Source: an uncultured Acidobacteriaceae bacterium (lineage in GTDB: Bacteria; Acidobacteriota; Terriglobia; Terriglobales; Acidobacteriaceae). Taken from it: 64,000 bases of DNA. Positions 1-9,762 of the stretch are shown piece by piece. A model generated the notes under the pieces. The model was not told the DNA's origin and searched no databases. It saw only the letters and a list, made by a program, of their open reading frames with translations. The position numbers and the translations under genes are program-made. Position 1 is the stretch's first letter. Each line of letters opens with the position of its first letter. The DNA is taken from contig CAWGFZ010000001.1 in the NCBI GenBank assembly GCA_963821995.1, positions 183,897 to 247,896 of the forward strand, given 5' to 3'.

Positions 1-724
1 CGACGGGGGTGAACTCCTGGTGCGGATGCTTGCGTCCGCCCTGCGGCGGAACGTTGGCAACCGTGCCTTCCAGGATCTTCAGCAGCGCCTGCTGCACGCC
101 TTCGCCCGACACGTCGCGTGTGATCGAGGGATTCTCGTCTTTGCGTCCGATCTTGTCGACTTCGTCAATGTAGATGATGCCGGTCTGCGCCCGGGCCACA
201 TCGCCGTCGGCTGCCTGCAACAGCTTCAGGATGATGTTCTCGACGTCCTCGCCGACGTATCCAGCCTCCGTCAAGGTGGTGGCGTCAACGATGGCGAAAG
301 GAACATCGAGCATTCTGGCGAGCGTCTGTGCCAGCAGAGTCTTGCCGGTACCGGTCGGGCCAATCAACATGATGTTCGATTTCGAAAGCTCGACTTCGCC
401 ACCTCGCTGGCGGTTCATGTACACCCGCTTGTAGTGGTTGTAGACGGCCACCGCCAGCTTCTTTTTGGTGTTCTGCTGGCCGATGACGTACTCGTCGAGG
501 AACTGCTTCACCTCTGCCGGTTTGGGAAGCTGGTTGGGAGCTGCGCTGGGCTGAGCTTCGGAACGATCGTCTTCCAGAATGGAATTACAGACGGCAACGC
601 ACTCATCACAGATATAGGCTCGCGGATAATCGGTGGGCGACGAAATCAGCTTGGCAACCGCGTCCTGTGACTTGTGGCAAAAGGAACAGCGCAATACTTC
701 TTCGGAACCTGTCCTGGTTCTCAC
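1..724 (-). CDS. clpX: ClpX ATP-binding subunit of Clp protease (5' part; 3' end lies beyond the window edge)
   Basis: Absent from the ORF track (no stop in window). Minus-strand translation from GTG at 724-722 reads [53 protein letters not shown] (ClpX zinc-ribbon N-domain). It continues through Walker A ([20 protein letters not shown]) and [38 protein letters not shown]. Lies downstream of tig-clpP. Confidence 0.93.
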   Translation of the reverse strand, partial: MRTRTGSEEVLRCSFCHKSQDAVAKLISSPTDYPRAYICDECVAVCNSILEDDRSEAQPSAAPNQLPKPAEVKQFLDEYVIGQQNTKKKLAVAVYNHYKRVYMNRQRGGEVELSKSNIMLIGPTGTGKTLLAQTLARMLDVPFAIVDATTLTEAGYVGEDVENIILKLLQAADGDVARAQTGIIYIDEVDKIGRKDENPSITRDVSGEGVQQALLKILEGTVANVPPQGGRKHPHQEFTPV

Positions 725-1042
725 TTATCGAACTCCTTTACAGCGCATGCAGCCAACTGATTCTCTCCAGCCGTCTGTCCCGTTTGCTCGTTCTTGGGAG
801 GAGCCATGCTAACTCTTGCAAGAAAGCGGCCATACCTGGTAAGAGCACGCTTCTCACGAAACCCTATCCTGGTGCGCCCTGGACGCTATTGAAGCATAAC
901 TCCCTCGTCCGCAAGGCACCATTAGTGCAATACCTGATACAACTTTGGCCGCACCGAGCGGAAAATTTTTCCTCACTCGATGATCCCTACTCTTACCTAC
1001 TCACGCCCCAGATGGCAATGAAGGATCTTGCCATTTCTTCCA

Positions 1043-1078
1043 TGAAAACGCCGTCTCCTGTGCGTCAATAGACGGGCG
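1043..1078 (-). terminator. Candidate intrinsic terminator/attenuator between clpP and clpX
   Basis: On the minus strand CGCCCGTCT..AGACGGCG forms a hairpin followed by TTTTC, 13 nt after the clpP stop. The clpP-clpX spacer is unusually long (366 nt). Confidence 0.4.
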
Positions 1079-1090
1079 AGAGAAGCGCCA

Positions 1091-1675
<585 letters not shown>

Positions 1676-1800
1676 TGGTTCGTCTCCTTCAGGTGGTTAA
1701 TCGTTCACTAATCTCAATGCCAGGCGAGATACAACGCCCGCGCGTTTTGACCATGCCGCACATAATTTTTCCTATAGAAAGAATACGGCAGCCGCTCGCC

Positions 1801-3108
1801 TTACGCGGACCTGCGGTACAGCGAATCTAAGGTTTTCTCATTGCGGAGGCGGTGACGGATGCGTTCCAGTCCTCCGTCCTGCGCCAGGCGCGCGTGTACC
1901 TGCTCGAGGGTTTGTTTCGCCTGGTCCGCCAGCCCCTGTAATTCCCGCTCAATCTCCTCGTCGCTGACCTCGATCTTTTCTTCGTCAGCAATGTGCTCGA
2001 GGATTAACGAGGCCTTTACCTCGCGCAACGCAGCTTCACGCTGTCCCGCCCGAAGGCGACCGAAGTCCATGCGCTTCATGTCTTCTGTGCGCATGCCCTG
2101 CGCAGCCAGTGCCCGAAGACCACGTTCCAATCGAAGATCGATCTGGTCGTTCAACATCGCCTCAGGAACAGGAAAATCGTTGCGCTTTACCAACTCCTCG
2201 ATGAGATTGTCCTTGCCCTGGTGCTCCGCTTCGTGCTCTTTCTCAGCCTTCATGTTCTCGCGCAGGCGATTGCGCAGCTCTTCAAGCGAGTTGAAATCGG
2301 CGCTCAGCTCTTTCGCGAACTCGTCTGTCAATTCAGGCACGCTGCGGGTCTTGATGGCCTTGACACTCACCTCATAGGTCATCGACTTGCCGGCCAGCCG
2401 CTTGTCCGAGAAGTCATCGGCATACTTGACGTCAAAGGTGCGTTGCTCGCCGGCCGTGGCGCCGCGCAGATTTTCCGAGAACTCGGGGATCGTGTTCTCG
2501 CCGCCAATTTCCACCATGATCTCTTCGACTTCGACCGGCTTGGCGTCGGCTTCGCCTTCCTTCGGCGTGCCTTTGAAGCTCACGACCGCGAAGTCACCGG
2601 CGGCCAGCGGCCGGTCCTCCTCGACAGGACTGTAGGTGGCATGCTGTTGGCGCAGGTTGTTAAGCGCGTTCTCCACGTCCTCATCGCTGACGTTCGTTTC
2701 AATCGTGCTCACGTGGATGTCATCGTAAGGCGCGACCTTGAACTCCGGAAGAATCTCGAAGGAAGCTTTGAACCGCAGCGGCTCGCCCTCGTGAATATGC
2801 AGGTCCGTCACCCGCGGCTGCGATACCGGCGCGAGGTTCTGCTTTTTTGTCTCCTCGCGGATATAACGCGGAACCAGCGCTTCCACAACCTCGCCCTCGA
2901 TGTCCTTGGCAAATCGCTGGCGAACGACGGAAGTGGGGACTTTGCCCTTGCGGAAGCCGGGAATGCGCGCCAGCTTTTGGTAACGGCTTATGAGATTATC
3001 GGTTTCCGTTTTCACCACCTCTGCCGGAACCTCGATGCTGAGCTCGCGCTGGCAGGGATTAGGAGTTTCGGAGGAATTGGTTTCGGTTGGTGTAATGTCA
3101 GTTGCCAA
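1801..3108 (-). CDS. tig: Trigger factor (ribosome-associated PPIase chaperone)
   Basis: 435 aa; the N-terminal GFRKGKVP ribosome-binding motif, a central FKBP-like domain, and the tig-clpP-clpX gene order. The start is a TTG at 3108 (no in-frame ATG nearby), so the start is uncertain. Confidence 0.9.
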   Translation of the reverse strand: MATDITPTETNSSETPNPCQRELSIEVPAEVVKTETDNLISRYQKLARIPGFRKGKVPTSVVRQRFAKDIEGEVVEALVPRYIREETKKQNLAPVSQPRVTDLHIHEGEPLRFKASFEILPEFKVAPYDDIHVSTIETNVSDEDVENALNNLRQQHATYSPVEEDRPLAAGDFAVVSFKGTPKEGEADAKPVEVEEIMVEIGGENTIPEFSENLRGATAGEQRTFDVKYADDFSDKRLAGKSMTYEVSVKAIKTRSVPELTDEFAKELSADFNSLEELRNRLRENMKAEKEHEAEHQGKDNLIEELVKRNDFPVPEAMLNDQIDLRLERGLRALAAQGMRTEDMKRMDFGRLRAGQREAALREVKASLILEHIADEEKIEVSDEEIERELQGLADQAKQTLEQVHARLAQDGGLERIRHRLRNEKTLDSLYRRSA

Positions 3109-3332
3109 TGAATTGCCTTCGAATTAATAGGGTTGAGGACCTGAACAACGGCGAATGCGACCGGCATGGTCTGTCGTTGCAGGACGCTGCCCACGGGCGA
3201 GCCGCGGGCGAACAGACGCCAATGGCTCCAAAATCAAGTTTATGAGACGGATGTGAGGCGGTCAAACGGCGTGCAGTGGTGTCTCAGTTCGAAATTGTGG
3301 GAGCCGATGAAGATAGGGCGGGCGTTTGGAGA

Positions 3333-3510
3333 CTGCGTCACGAGTGGTTTCGCCGCTCTGTGGCTCCGACAAATTTCCCGCTTCACCGGGGGCTTACGAG
3401 CGCGTGTGAGAACTGTGTCGTCCCTAAAGGGACTCGAATAGATTTTCCACTTCACCCAGGACTCCGCTTCGCTCCGTCCTGGGCTAACTGCAATTCCACC
3501 CCTTCGGGGT
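3333..3510. repeat. Composite intergenic repeat, same family as 7044-7162
   Basis: GACTGCGTCACGAGTGGTTTCGCCGCTCTGTGGCTC and TTTTCCACTTCACCCAGGAC..GTCCTGGGCTAACTGCAATTCCACC align with GACTGTGTCGCGAGTGGTGTCGTCGCTCCGCGGCTC and TTTTCCCACTTCCAGCGTGGGC..GCCCACGCCTAACTTCATGCCGCC at 7062-7150. Contains the hairpin CCCAGGAC/GTCCTGGG. Confidence 0.7.
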
Positions 3511-3729
3511 TCGATTTGCGGATCTCGCACTCCACCGCCGAGGAATAAAGTTGGTTCTCACACACCCTCTTACGCCACCGGCTAAATTCATCCGCCGCTG
3601 CGCGGCTGGGTTAGCGGTTTTCGAACAGTTTGTCCCACCGCAAAATTTTCTGGCGGGTCACAACATAGTTTCTGAAGGCCAGTTCTATTAACCGAAAGAA
3701 CTTGTTCCGAGTCTCCCTAAAGGTCCGCT

Positions 3730-5073
3730 TTACCGTCGTTCAAGACTCGCACTTTCGCCTCCGGCGGTGCTGCCTGGCTCACCCGGGTTATCCAACAGGT
3801 CGAGCGAGCGCAGTTCTGTGACTTCGATCCACGTCTTGCTCCACCGGGCGGCGACGCACTTGTCAATTCTCGTACCTGCGGGTGGAAAACCGAAACCATC
3901 GTAGAACGACAGAATATTCTTGCGCAGATCGTCATTCACGTTCGCGAAATGCTGTTCGGCAAGCCGGTCGAGCAACTCGCGATAGGTGGCGTCTGCCAAC
4001 GGATAGGCACCGCGCTGGGTCGGCTTGCCGGTATCAAGGTTGATCTCCGGAGTTTCCAGAGTGTCGTTCCCGACCGCGCGGAGCGCCTTCCCGTACTGTG
4101 CGACTGTCTGGTTCACACTCTTAAAGTAGAGGTTTTCGGTACGAGCGTTGGGCTCTTTGAAATCGATGTCGCGCAGTGGGCCGACCTTGGGAACGATCTT
4201 GAAGAGAACAGCCAGGACGTGGGCGCCGGGTCCGGGTTTCTGGTATCCCGATCCCCAATACTTACGGTAATCGGCATTGGAGAGATGATACAGAAAACGT
4301 TGCCGGTTGAAATTCGGCACTTCACGGCGGAGTTGATCGCCCTTTACCAGCAGCGCAACTTTCGTCATCTCGGGAATAATCTGGCTCACGCTGCGACGAT
4401 AGGTATTGATCGCCAGTTGCTCTTTAGGCACGACATCCGTGAGCTTCAGTCCATAGGTCTCGTAGAATGCGCGCTCGAGTAGGGGCGTTGCCACTTCAAA
4501 ACCGATGAAGTTGTGGTAGTCCTCGGGAGCATAACGGCCTTTGGCTACCTGCAGAACATCGAAGCCAAACTCCGTGCGAACGTGCGCCTTATGGTCGACG
4601 TCGTAGGGAACTTCAGGACCATAGAGCCGCGCCAGCTTAGGGTAATCGATGCCGACGGCCAAATTGATGTAAGGATGCCCGTTTATATCGGAGACATAGT
4701 GCGAGAGCGCGCCCAGCGCGAAGGCGTATTCATTGATGTCCTGAGAATCCTTGATCAGCGCCTGCACGAAGTCGCCGGTGCGCACATAATGCGTCAGATC
4801 GCTGAAGGTGTGATTTCCAAACGGATAGTAGCCGATGTCCTGAATGACGCTGCCGCCATAGGCGTACGCGTGTGCCGTTTTTAGCTGCTCCGGAGTTGCG
4901 TTCGGATAGCGCGCCAGAAGGAGCGGCTTGATCTGCTGGTCCCAGAGCAGATCGATGATCTCTTCGTGCGTCAGTACCGAATAAGCGGACGCAAGCGACG
5001 CGTACGCTACGAGAGCAATCAGCAGCAAACAGCGGAGGCTTGCTGCGCGGGAACGGGGCGCGCGCGAGGTCAT
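3730..5073 (-). CDS. Secreted zinc-dependent phospholipase C-like protein
   Basis: The longest ORF is 3730-5184. The likely start is the ATG at 5073, giving the signal peptide MTSRAPRSRAASLRCLLLIALVAYASLASA. Family assignment by recall of His/Asp-rich motifs (SVLTHEEIIDLLW, GALSHYVSDINGHP, DHKAHVRTE). Confidence 0.55.
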   Translation of the reverse strand: MTSRAPRSRAASLRCLLLIALVAYASLASAYSVLTHEEIIDLLWDQQIKPLLLARYPNATPEQLKTAHAYAYGGSVIQDIGYYPFGNHTFSDLTHYVRTGDFVQALIKDSQDINEYAFALGALSHYVSDINGHPYINLAVGIDYPKLARLYGPEVPYDVDHKAHVRTEFGFDVLQVAKGRYAPEDYHNFIGFEVATPLLERAFYETYGLKLTDVVPKEQLAINTYRRSVSQIIPEMTKVALLVKGDQLRREVPNFNRQRFLYHLSNADYRKYWGSGYQKPGPGAHVLAVLFKIVPKVGPLRDIDFKEPNARTENLYFKSVNQTVAQYGKALRAVGNDTLETPEINLDTGKPTQRGAYPLADATYRELLDRLAEQHFANVNDDLRKNILSFYDGFGFPPAGTRIDKCVAARWSKTWIEVTELRSLDLLDNPGEPGSTAGGESASLERR

Positions 5074-5087
5074 GTTCAGCAGAAGAT

Positions 5088-5240
5088 TCAGATTCGGCCA
5101 ATCAGCAGCAAGACGACCAGGATCACCAGGATGAGCCCCAATCCTCCCGTAGGATAGTAGCCCCAGCCGCGGCTGTAGGGCCACGCAGGATAGGAGCCGA
5201 CAGATAACAGCAGCAGAATAATGATCAACAGGATCAGCAT
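5088..5240 (-). CDS. DUF3309-family small membrane protein
   Basis: MLILLIIILLLLSVGSYPAWPYSRGWGYYPTGGLGLILVILVVLLLIGRI matches the characteristic WPYSRGWGYYP core flanked by two hydrophobic helices. Start taken at the internal ATG 5240. Confidence 0.7.
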   Translation of the reverse strand: MLILLIIILLLLSVGSYPAWPYSRGWGYYPTGGLGLILVILVVLLLIGRI

Positions 5241-5295
5241 ACGTATTGTTCTCCCTTTGCTTTTGGAGAAGCTCTGATTAAGTCGCAATGAAATC

Positions 5296-5375
5296 CTTCA
5301 GCGGCTAAAGCCGGATTGATTTCGAAGCGTTTACGGACGGCCTAAAGGCCGTCCCCTTCAAGACGAAGCGTTAAT
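5296..5375. repeat. REP-like hairpin module
   Basis: CGGCTAAAGCCG and GGACGGCCTAAAGGCCGTCC hairpins followed by CCTTCAAGAC. Same style as the modules at 33.6, 43.9 and 48.5 kb. Confidence 0.6.
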
Positions 5376-5462
5376 CAGAGCATCCTTAGAGCTTCGCGAA
5401 TCGAAGCTGCAGGTTAGAAGCGCCGGGAGTCTTAGAAGGATGCTTACGCAGTTTTCGACAGG

Positions 5463-5963
5463 TCAGGAGCGGTCAAGGCTGGCATGCAACGCCTTGAGGT
5501 AGGCATCGATGGTGCCGTTGTAGCCGATCATGTATCGTGCAACGAAACGAAAGATCGGGTTGTAGATCTCTCCGTTCTCGGTGATCGTGAGGACAGAGCC
5601 GTTCGGCGCCGGCTCAATGATGTACGTCCACGTGCCACCGAAAGGAAGACCGGCATCAGCGATGCGCGTAATCATCTTGCGAGGTGGTTCGAAGGCGACG
5701 ACTTCGTAGGTGATCTTCTGGCCATGCGCGCTGTACTCGCGCCACTTGCGGTGGGCTGGATCAGATTTCAGGACCTCATAACGCTGCACATCCGGGCGCC
5801 ATGTCGGTGGGCTGGTAATTACCTGCCAGACCTGCTGCGGTGCGGGATCGAAGCTCGCGCTTCGCGATGCGACATGCTTTACCGGCAGGGTAGCACCAAT
5901 CGTGGCGACTACGGCAATCACGGCGATCAAGACGAGCAATACGGCGCCGGCCCATTTCAACAT
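5463..5963 (-). CDS. SRPBCC (polyketide cyclase/dehydrase-like) family protein with N-terminal membrane anchor
   Basis: 166 aa; N-terminal TM (AGAVLLVLIAVIAVVATIGA) followed by sequence typical of the START/Bet v1 fold (WRPDVQRYEVL..GGTWTYIIEP). Confidence 0.55.
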   Translation of the reverse strand: MLKWAGAVLLVLIAVIAVVATIGATLPVKHVASRSASFDPAPQQVWQVITSPPTWRPDVQRYEVLKSDPAHRKWREYSAHGQKITYEVVAFEPPRKMITRIADAGLPFGGTWTYIIEPAPNGSVLTITENGEIYNPIFRFVARYMIGYNGTIDAYLKALHASLDRS

Positions 5964-6051
5964 GGCTTTGAAAATGCCTCGGTCGAATTAGAGGGTGCAG
6001 TTTAGCAGGAGAGCGAAAGGCGCAAAAGCTCTGCCTGGTTACAATCAAGAT

Positions 6052-6741
6052 ATGGCTTCCGCTCTCCAGGTGCTCAATTCGGAGATTGTGACTTGCACGC
6101 GCTGCCCACGGCTGGTGATTTATCGCGAGCAGGTCGGCCGCGAGAAGCGGCGTGCCTATCGCGACCACGAATACTGGGCGCGACCTGTACCGGGATTCGG
6201 TGATCCTCACGCGCGCATATTGATTCTTGGCTTGGCGCCCGGCGCGCATGGTTCGAATCGAACTGGCAGGCCATTTACCGGAGACGCGTCCGGCAAGTTC
6301 ATGTATCCGATCTTGTATAAGTGCGGCCTGGCGTCACAGCCCAGTGCCGAGCACCGGGGCGACGGATTGAAGTTGATCGATTGCTACATCACAGCCGCGA
6401 TTCGCTGTGCTCCGCCGGACAACAAACCGCTGCCCTCGGAGCTCGCAAACTGCGCTCCCTTTCTCGATCGCGAACTGGCCTTGTTGAAGCAGTTGAAGGT
6501 GGTAGTCGCGCTGGGCAAGATCGGCTTCGATGCTTACCTCAACCATCTTCAGCGCACGGGGGTCGTGCAGACAAAGGCGGCGTACCTATTTGCCCATGCA
6601 GCCAATTACCAGATGCCGAATGGAGTTGTGCTTCTGGCGTCTTATCATCCCTCGAACCAGAACACGGCTACCGGCAAGCTGACGGCGGAGATGTTTGAAC
6701 AGATCTTTCGCGAGGCAAAGAGGATAGCGGCAGGTCGATGA
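6052..6741 (+). CDS. Uracil-DNA glycosylase, family 4/5 (UdgB-like)
   Basis: CTRCPRL Fe-S motif, GLAPGAHGSNRTGRPFTGD active-site region, and SYHPSNQNT near the C-terminus. Start taken at ATG 6052. Confidence 0.8.
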   Translation: MASALQVLNSEIVTCTRCPRLVIYREQVGREKRRAYRDHEYWARPVPGFGDPHARILILGLAPGAHGSNRTGRPFTGDASGKFMYPILYKCGLASQPSAEHRGDGLKLIDCYITAAIRCAPPDNKPLPSELANCAPFLDRELALLKQLKVVVALGKIGFDAYLNHLQRTGVVQTKAAYLFAHAANYQMPNGVVLLASYHPSNQNTATGKLTAEMFEQIFREAKRIAAGR

Positions 6742-7029
6742 TCACGGCCGGGGCAATTCATTGATCCGCGCGGCCATCTTGATGTCGCGTTGCGTCACTC
6801 CCCCGGAATCGTGCGAGACGAGCGTCAGGGTCACTTTGTTGTAGTTGATGAGGATATCGGGATGGTGATTCACGGCCTCCGCCGCTTCCGCTATGTGGTT
6901 CACGAACTCCATGGCTTGAACAAAGCTGCCGAACTGGAAAACACGTTCGATGGCGTTGCCGTTCTTCTTCCAGCCGGAGAGCTGTGGCAAAGCCTTTCGT
7001 ACCTCATCGTCGCTAAGAACGGTGCTCAT
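6742..7029 (-). CDS. phhB: 4a-hydroxytetrahydrobiopterin (pterin-4-alpha-carbinolamine) dehydratase
   Basis: 95 aa; GWKKNGNAIERVFQF..F..A..FVN.IA..AE..NHHPDI..NYNKVTLTL.SHD..G.T..D is the PCD signature. Confidence 0.85.
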   Translation of the reverse strand: MSTVLSDDEVRKALPQLSGWKKNGNAIERVFQFGSFVQAMEFVNHIAEAAEAVNHHPDILINYNKVTLTLVSHDSGGVTQRDIKMAARINELPRP

Positions 7030-7043
7030 GATGATTTCCTCTT

Positions 7044-7162
7044 GACCGGGGCTTTACGAGACTGTGTCGCGAGTGGTGTCGTCGCTCCGCGGCTCAGCGC
7101 TTTTCCCACTTCCAGCGTGGGCTTACGCCCACGCCTAACTTCATGCCGCCGCTGAAGCGGAC
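7044..7162. repeat. Composite intergenic repeat, same family as 3333-3510
   Basis: See 3333-3510. Hairpins GCGTGGGC-TTAC-GCCCACGC (7115-7134) and CCGC-TGAA-GCGG. Confidence 0.7.
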
Positions 7163-7406
7163 TGGTTTAGCAGATCCGCGAGCTCGTTTTGCCCCACTGC
7201 AAAATGCTCTTGCGGTCGCGAAACAGGCTTTTTGGGCCGGCGTCCAAGCCGTTGATTTCTTCGTCGAGCCGACTCTAGCCGGCGGAAACAGTTGTTCCAG
7301 ACCCTAAAAAGCCCCACATATTTTTCGTCGCCCTGACGCGTGCCGAAAGTCTCGCTCTACCTATCCTTCGGCAGGACACAATCTCTTTAGGGCCGCCCTT
7401 CGCGAT

Positions 7407-8504
7407 TCAGCTGTCCCGCCGGCCCAGCTTAACTTCATAACGTCGCTTCGAGCTGCTCTCAATTTCTCTCCTGAGCTCCTGCCAGATGTGCTCGGCTACG
7501 CTCAGGAAGACTCTGACCACTTCGGGATCGAACTGTTTGCCGGCGTTGCGTTCGATCTCGCGGCGTCCGGCAGAAATGGACTGTGCGGCGCGATAGGGAC
7601 GGTCGGAAATGATGGCATCGAAGGTGTCGGCAACGGCGAATATGCGGGCTCCCAACGGGATCTGGTCTCCCTTCAGACCGCGGGGATAACCGCTGCCGTC
7701 GTAACGTTCCTGATGGGAATATACAATGTCCGCGGCCTCTTGCAGGAACGGTATTTTCCGCAGCATCTGATAGCCGAGGGCCGCGTGTTCGCGCATGATG
7801 GCCTGCTCCTCCAAGCTCAAACGGCCCGGCTTGCGCAGGATTGCGTCCGGAATGGCCATTTTGCCGATATCGTGAAGAAAGGCTCCACGGGCGATTATCC
7901 GCACCCGGTCCTGGGGCAGTTCCATAGCGCGCGCGATGGCGATGGTGAACGCGGTCACGCGCTTGGAATGGCCTTCGGTCTCCGCATCCTTCAGGTCCAA
8001 CGCGTCACCTAAAGCTTCCAGCGTTATGTCGTAGGAGCGCTCCAGGTCTGCCAGGGCCTTGCGCAGCATCTCAGTTCGGGCTGAGACCAACGATTCCAGC
8101 TTGGTTTGATACGCCAGATTCTCCAGGCGGAGGCGTCGCGTTTCCAATGCCCGCCGAACCATTGCCAGGAGCTGCTCTTTCTCAAAGGGCTTGAGCAGGT
8201 AGTCATAAGCGCCGTTACGAATGGCCGCCAATGCCACCGAGATATCGTGGACCGCGGTCACCATTACCACCGGAATGTCGGGATGCGTGTCCTTCATCTG
8301 CGCGAGCAGGGTAAGGCCGTCCATGCCTTCCATAATCAAATCGGAGAGCACGATTGAGATGTTGTTGCTGGAGCGCAGCACCGAAAGAGCATCGCGAGCC
8401 GATGCCACCGGCCGGCACTCAAAACCAGCTTTGGTCAGGATAGAGCATATGATGTCGCGGACAGCGGTTTCGTCGTCGACAACCAGAATGCGTTGGTCAG
8501 GCAT
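7407..8504 (-). CDS. Response regulator with HD-GYP phosphodiesterase output domain (RpfG-type)
   Basis: 365 aa; receiver domain (ILVVDDE..DLIM.GMDG..K) followed by HD (FLHDIGK) and the HQERYDGSGYPRGL motif. Confidence 0.88.
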   Translation of the reverse strand: MPDQRILVVDDETAVRDIICSILTKAGFECRPVASARDALSVLRSSNNISIVLSDLIMEGMDGLTLLAQMKDTHPDIPVVMVTAVHDISVALAAIRNGAYDYLLKPFEKEQLLAMVRRALETRRLRLENLAYQTKLESLVSARTEMLRKALADLERSYDITLEALGDALDLKDAETEGHSKRVTAFTIAIARAMELPQDRVRIIARGAFLHDIGKMAIPDAILRKPGRLSLEEQAIMREHAALGYQMLRKIPFLQEAADIVYSHQERYDGSGYPRGLKGDQIPLGARIFAVADTFDAIISDRPYRAAQSISAGRREIERNAGKQFDPEVVRVFLSVAEHIWQELRREIESSSKRRYEVKLGRRDS

Positions 8505-8926
8505 AGGCAGAAGGAGCGAGAGCTGGTGAGCGGCCCGGAACTCGATTCTATATAGTAGCTGCCAAACCGGAGGCGCTCAATCGTCATCGCAAGAATATTC
8601 ACCGCGTTCGTCCACCGCAGCACCATGTAATGTCAAACGCAAAACTTACACGCCGTTCGCGAAGGAGTGGGCATGTCGATGCCAACTTTCGGTACGACTC
8701 ACCCCTAATGTCGACCGTTGACTCCTGTCACAGATGATGTCTCGCTTTTGTAGCGTGGCACCGGAGCAATAACCGTAGAGGAATCGTGTATTTGTTTTCA
8801 ATGAATTGCCGAGGACTTCTAACTTCCTCTGCGGACGCGTTCGGTTTGGGCAGCGTGATTGCTTAGTACTAAGGTGTCGAAGCGAGCAAGAACATCCAGC
8901 CCGACCAAACACCGAAGGAGAAACCA

Positions 8927-9442
8927 ATGAGTATCACTACCGGGGTAGCCAACCTTGCGGGTTTTGCGGAATGCGTACCAGCGATCTTGCAAACGCGTGC
9001 GGAAGAGCGTCGAGAGGTGTACGAGCGCAACCGCCATCGCATTTACTCCTGGGCCTTCTGGATGACAGACCATGAGCTGGCAGCCGAGGATCTGATGATT
9101 GCCTGCTTCTGCCGCGCCTTTGCCAACAGTGATGCACCTTCTGCCGATGACATTGACAGCGCCCTGATCGCTGAATTGCGCCAATGCATGGTGTTGGGCA
9201 CGCTTACACTCAGGTGCACGCCAAACGAGCGGGTATCGTCGCTTCGCCGCAACGTTCTGCGCGTAGAACTGGAACGCGCGCTGGTTCAGTTGCCCGAAAC
9301 CGAAAGACTAATTTTTCTGATGCATGATGTTGAGGGCTACGATCATGCCCGCGTCAGCCGCCTGTTGAACGTCGCCGAAAATGAGTCCCAGCAGGGCGTC
9401 TATCAGGCTCGATTGCGCCTGCGCGAGCTGCTGGCGCAATAA
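8927..9442 (+). CDS. Sigma-70 family (ECF-like) RNA polymerase sigma factor
   Basis: 171 aa; the region 4 signature LPETERLIFLMHDVEGYDHARVSRLLNVAENESQQGVYQARLRLRELL. GAAGGAG RBS. No adjacent anti-sigma gene seen. Confidence 0.7.
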   Translation: MSITTGVANLAGFAECVPAILQTRAEERREVYERNRHRIYSWAFWMTDHELAAEDLMIACFCRAFANSDAPSADDIDSALIAELRQCMVLGTLTLRCTPNERVSSLRRNVLRVELERALVQLPETERLIFLMHDVEGYDHARVSRLLNVAENESQQGVYQARLRLRELLAQ

Positions 9443-9488
9443 GTTCCACTCTCCGTCGTATCCCACTCTCTCTTTTCTCCTGAACTCT

Positions 9489-9511
9489 GCCCCTCGCGAG
9501 AGGGGCTTTTT
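9489..9511 (+). terminator. Rho-independent terminator after the sigma factor gene
   Basis: GCCCCTC-GCGA-GAGGGGC hairpin followed by TTTTT. Confidence 0.75.
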
Positions 9512-9762
9512 CGTGTGCGGATTAGAGCCACGGCGGGAGGACACTAGTTCGCCAACCCCGCTTTCCGTCGCGCCAGCTTGCTTTCTTGGGATAATCGTCT
9601 TGTCTCTGGCGTACGATCTGGCGGGTTAGTCAAGCTGATTGCACCCGCATCGGACATTTCGTGGGCAAGATAGCCCCAGCCGTCCCGGTTTCGGACTGGA
9701 GGGGCTGCTAGGTTGCGCTGATGCGCGCGACGCTGTGTTTGCTTGCGGCGGATTGAGAAGAA

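Noticed and set aside
3110-3729. A 620-nt ORF-free gap upstream of tig examined for a tRNA, tmRNA or other structured RNA gene
   Set aside because: No cloverleaf-compatible segment (no GTTCRANYC T-loop with matching acceptor stem) or other recognisable RNA motif was found. The structured parts are explained by the repeat family shared with 7044-7162.
5088-5184. The N-terminal extension of the phospholipase C-like ORF (to 5184), overlapping the DUF3309 gene
   Set aside because: The internal ATG at 5073 gives a canonical signal peptide and removes the overlap. The extension has no protein-like features.
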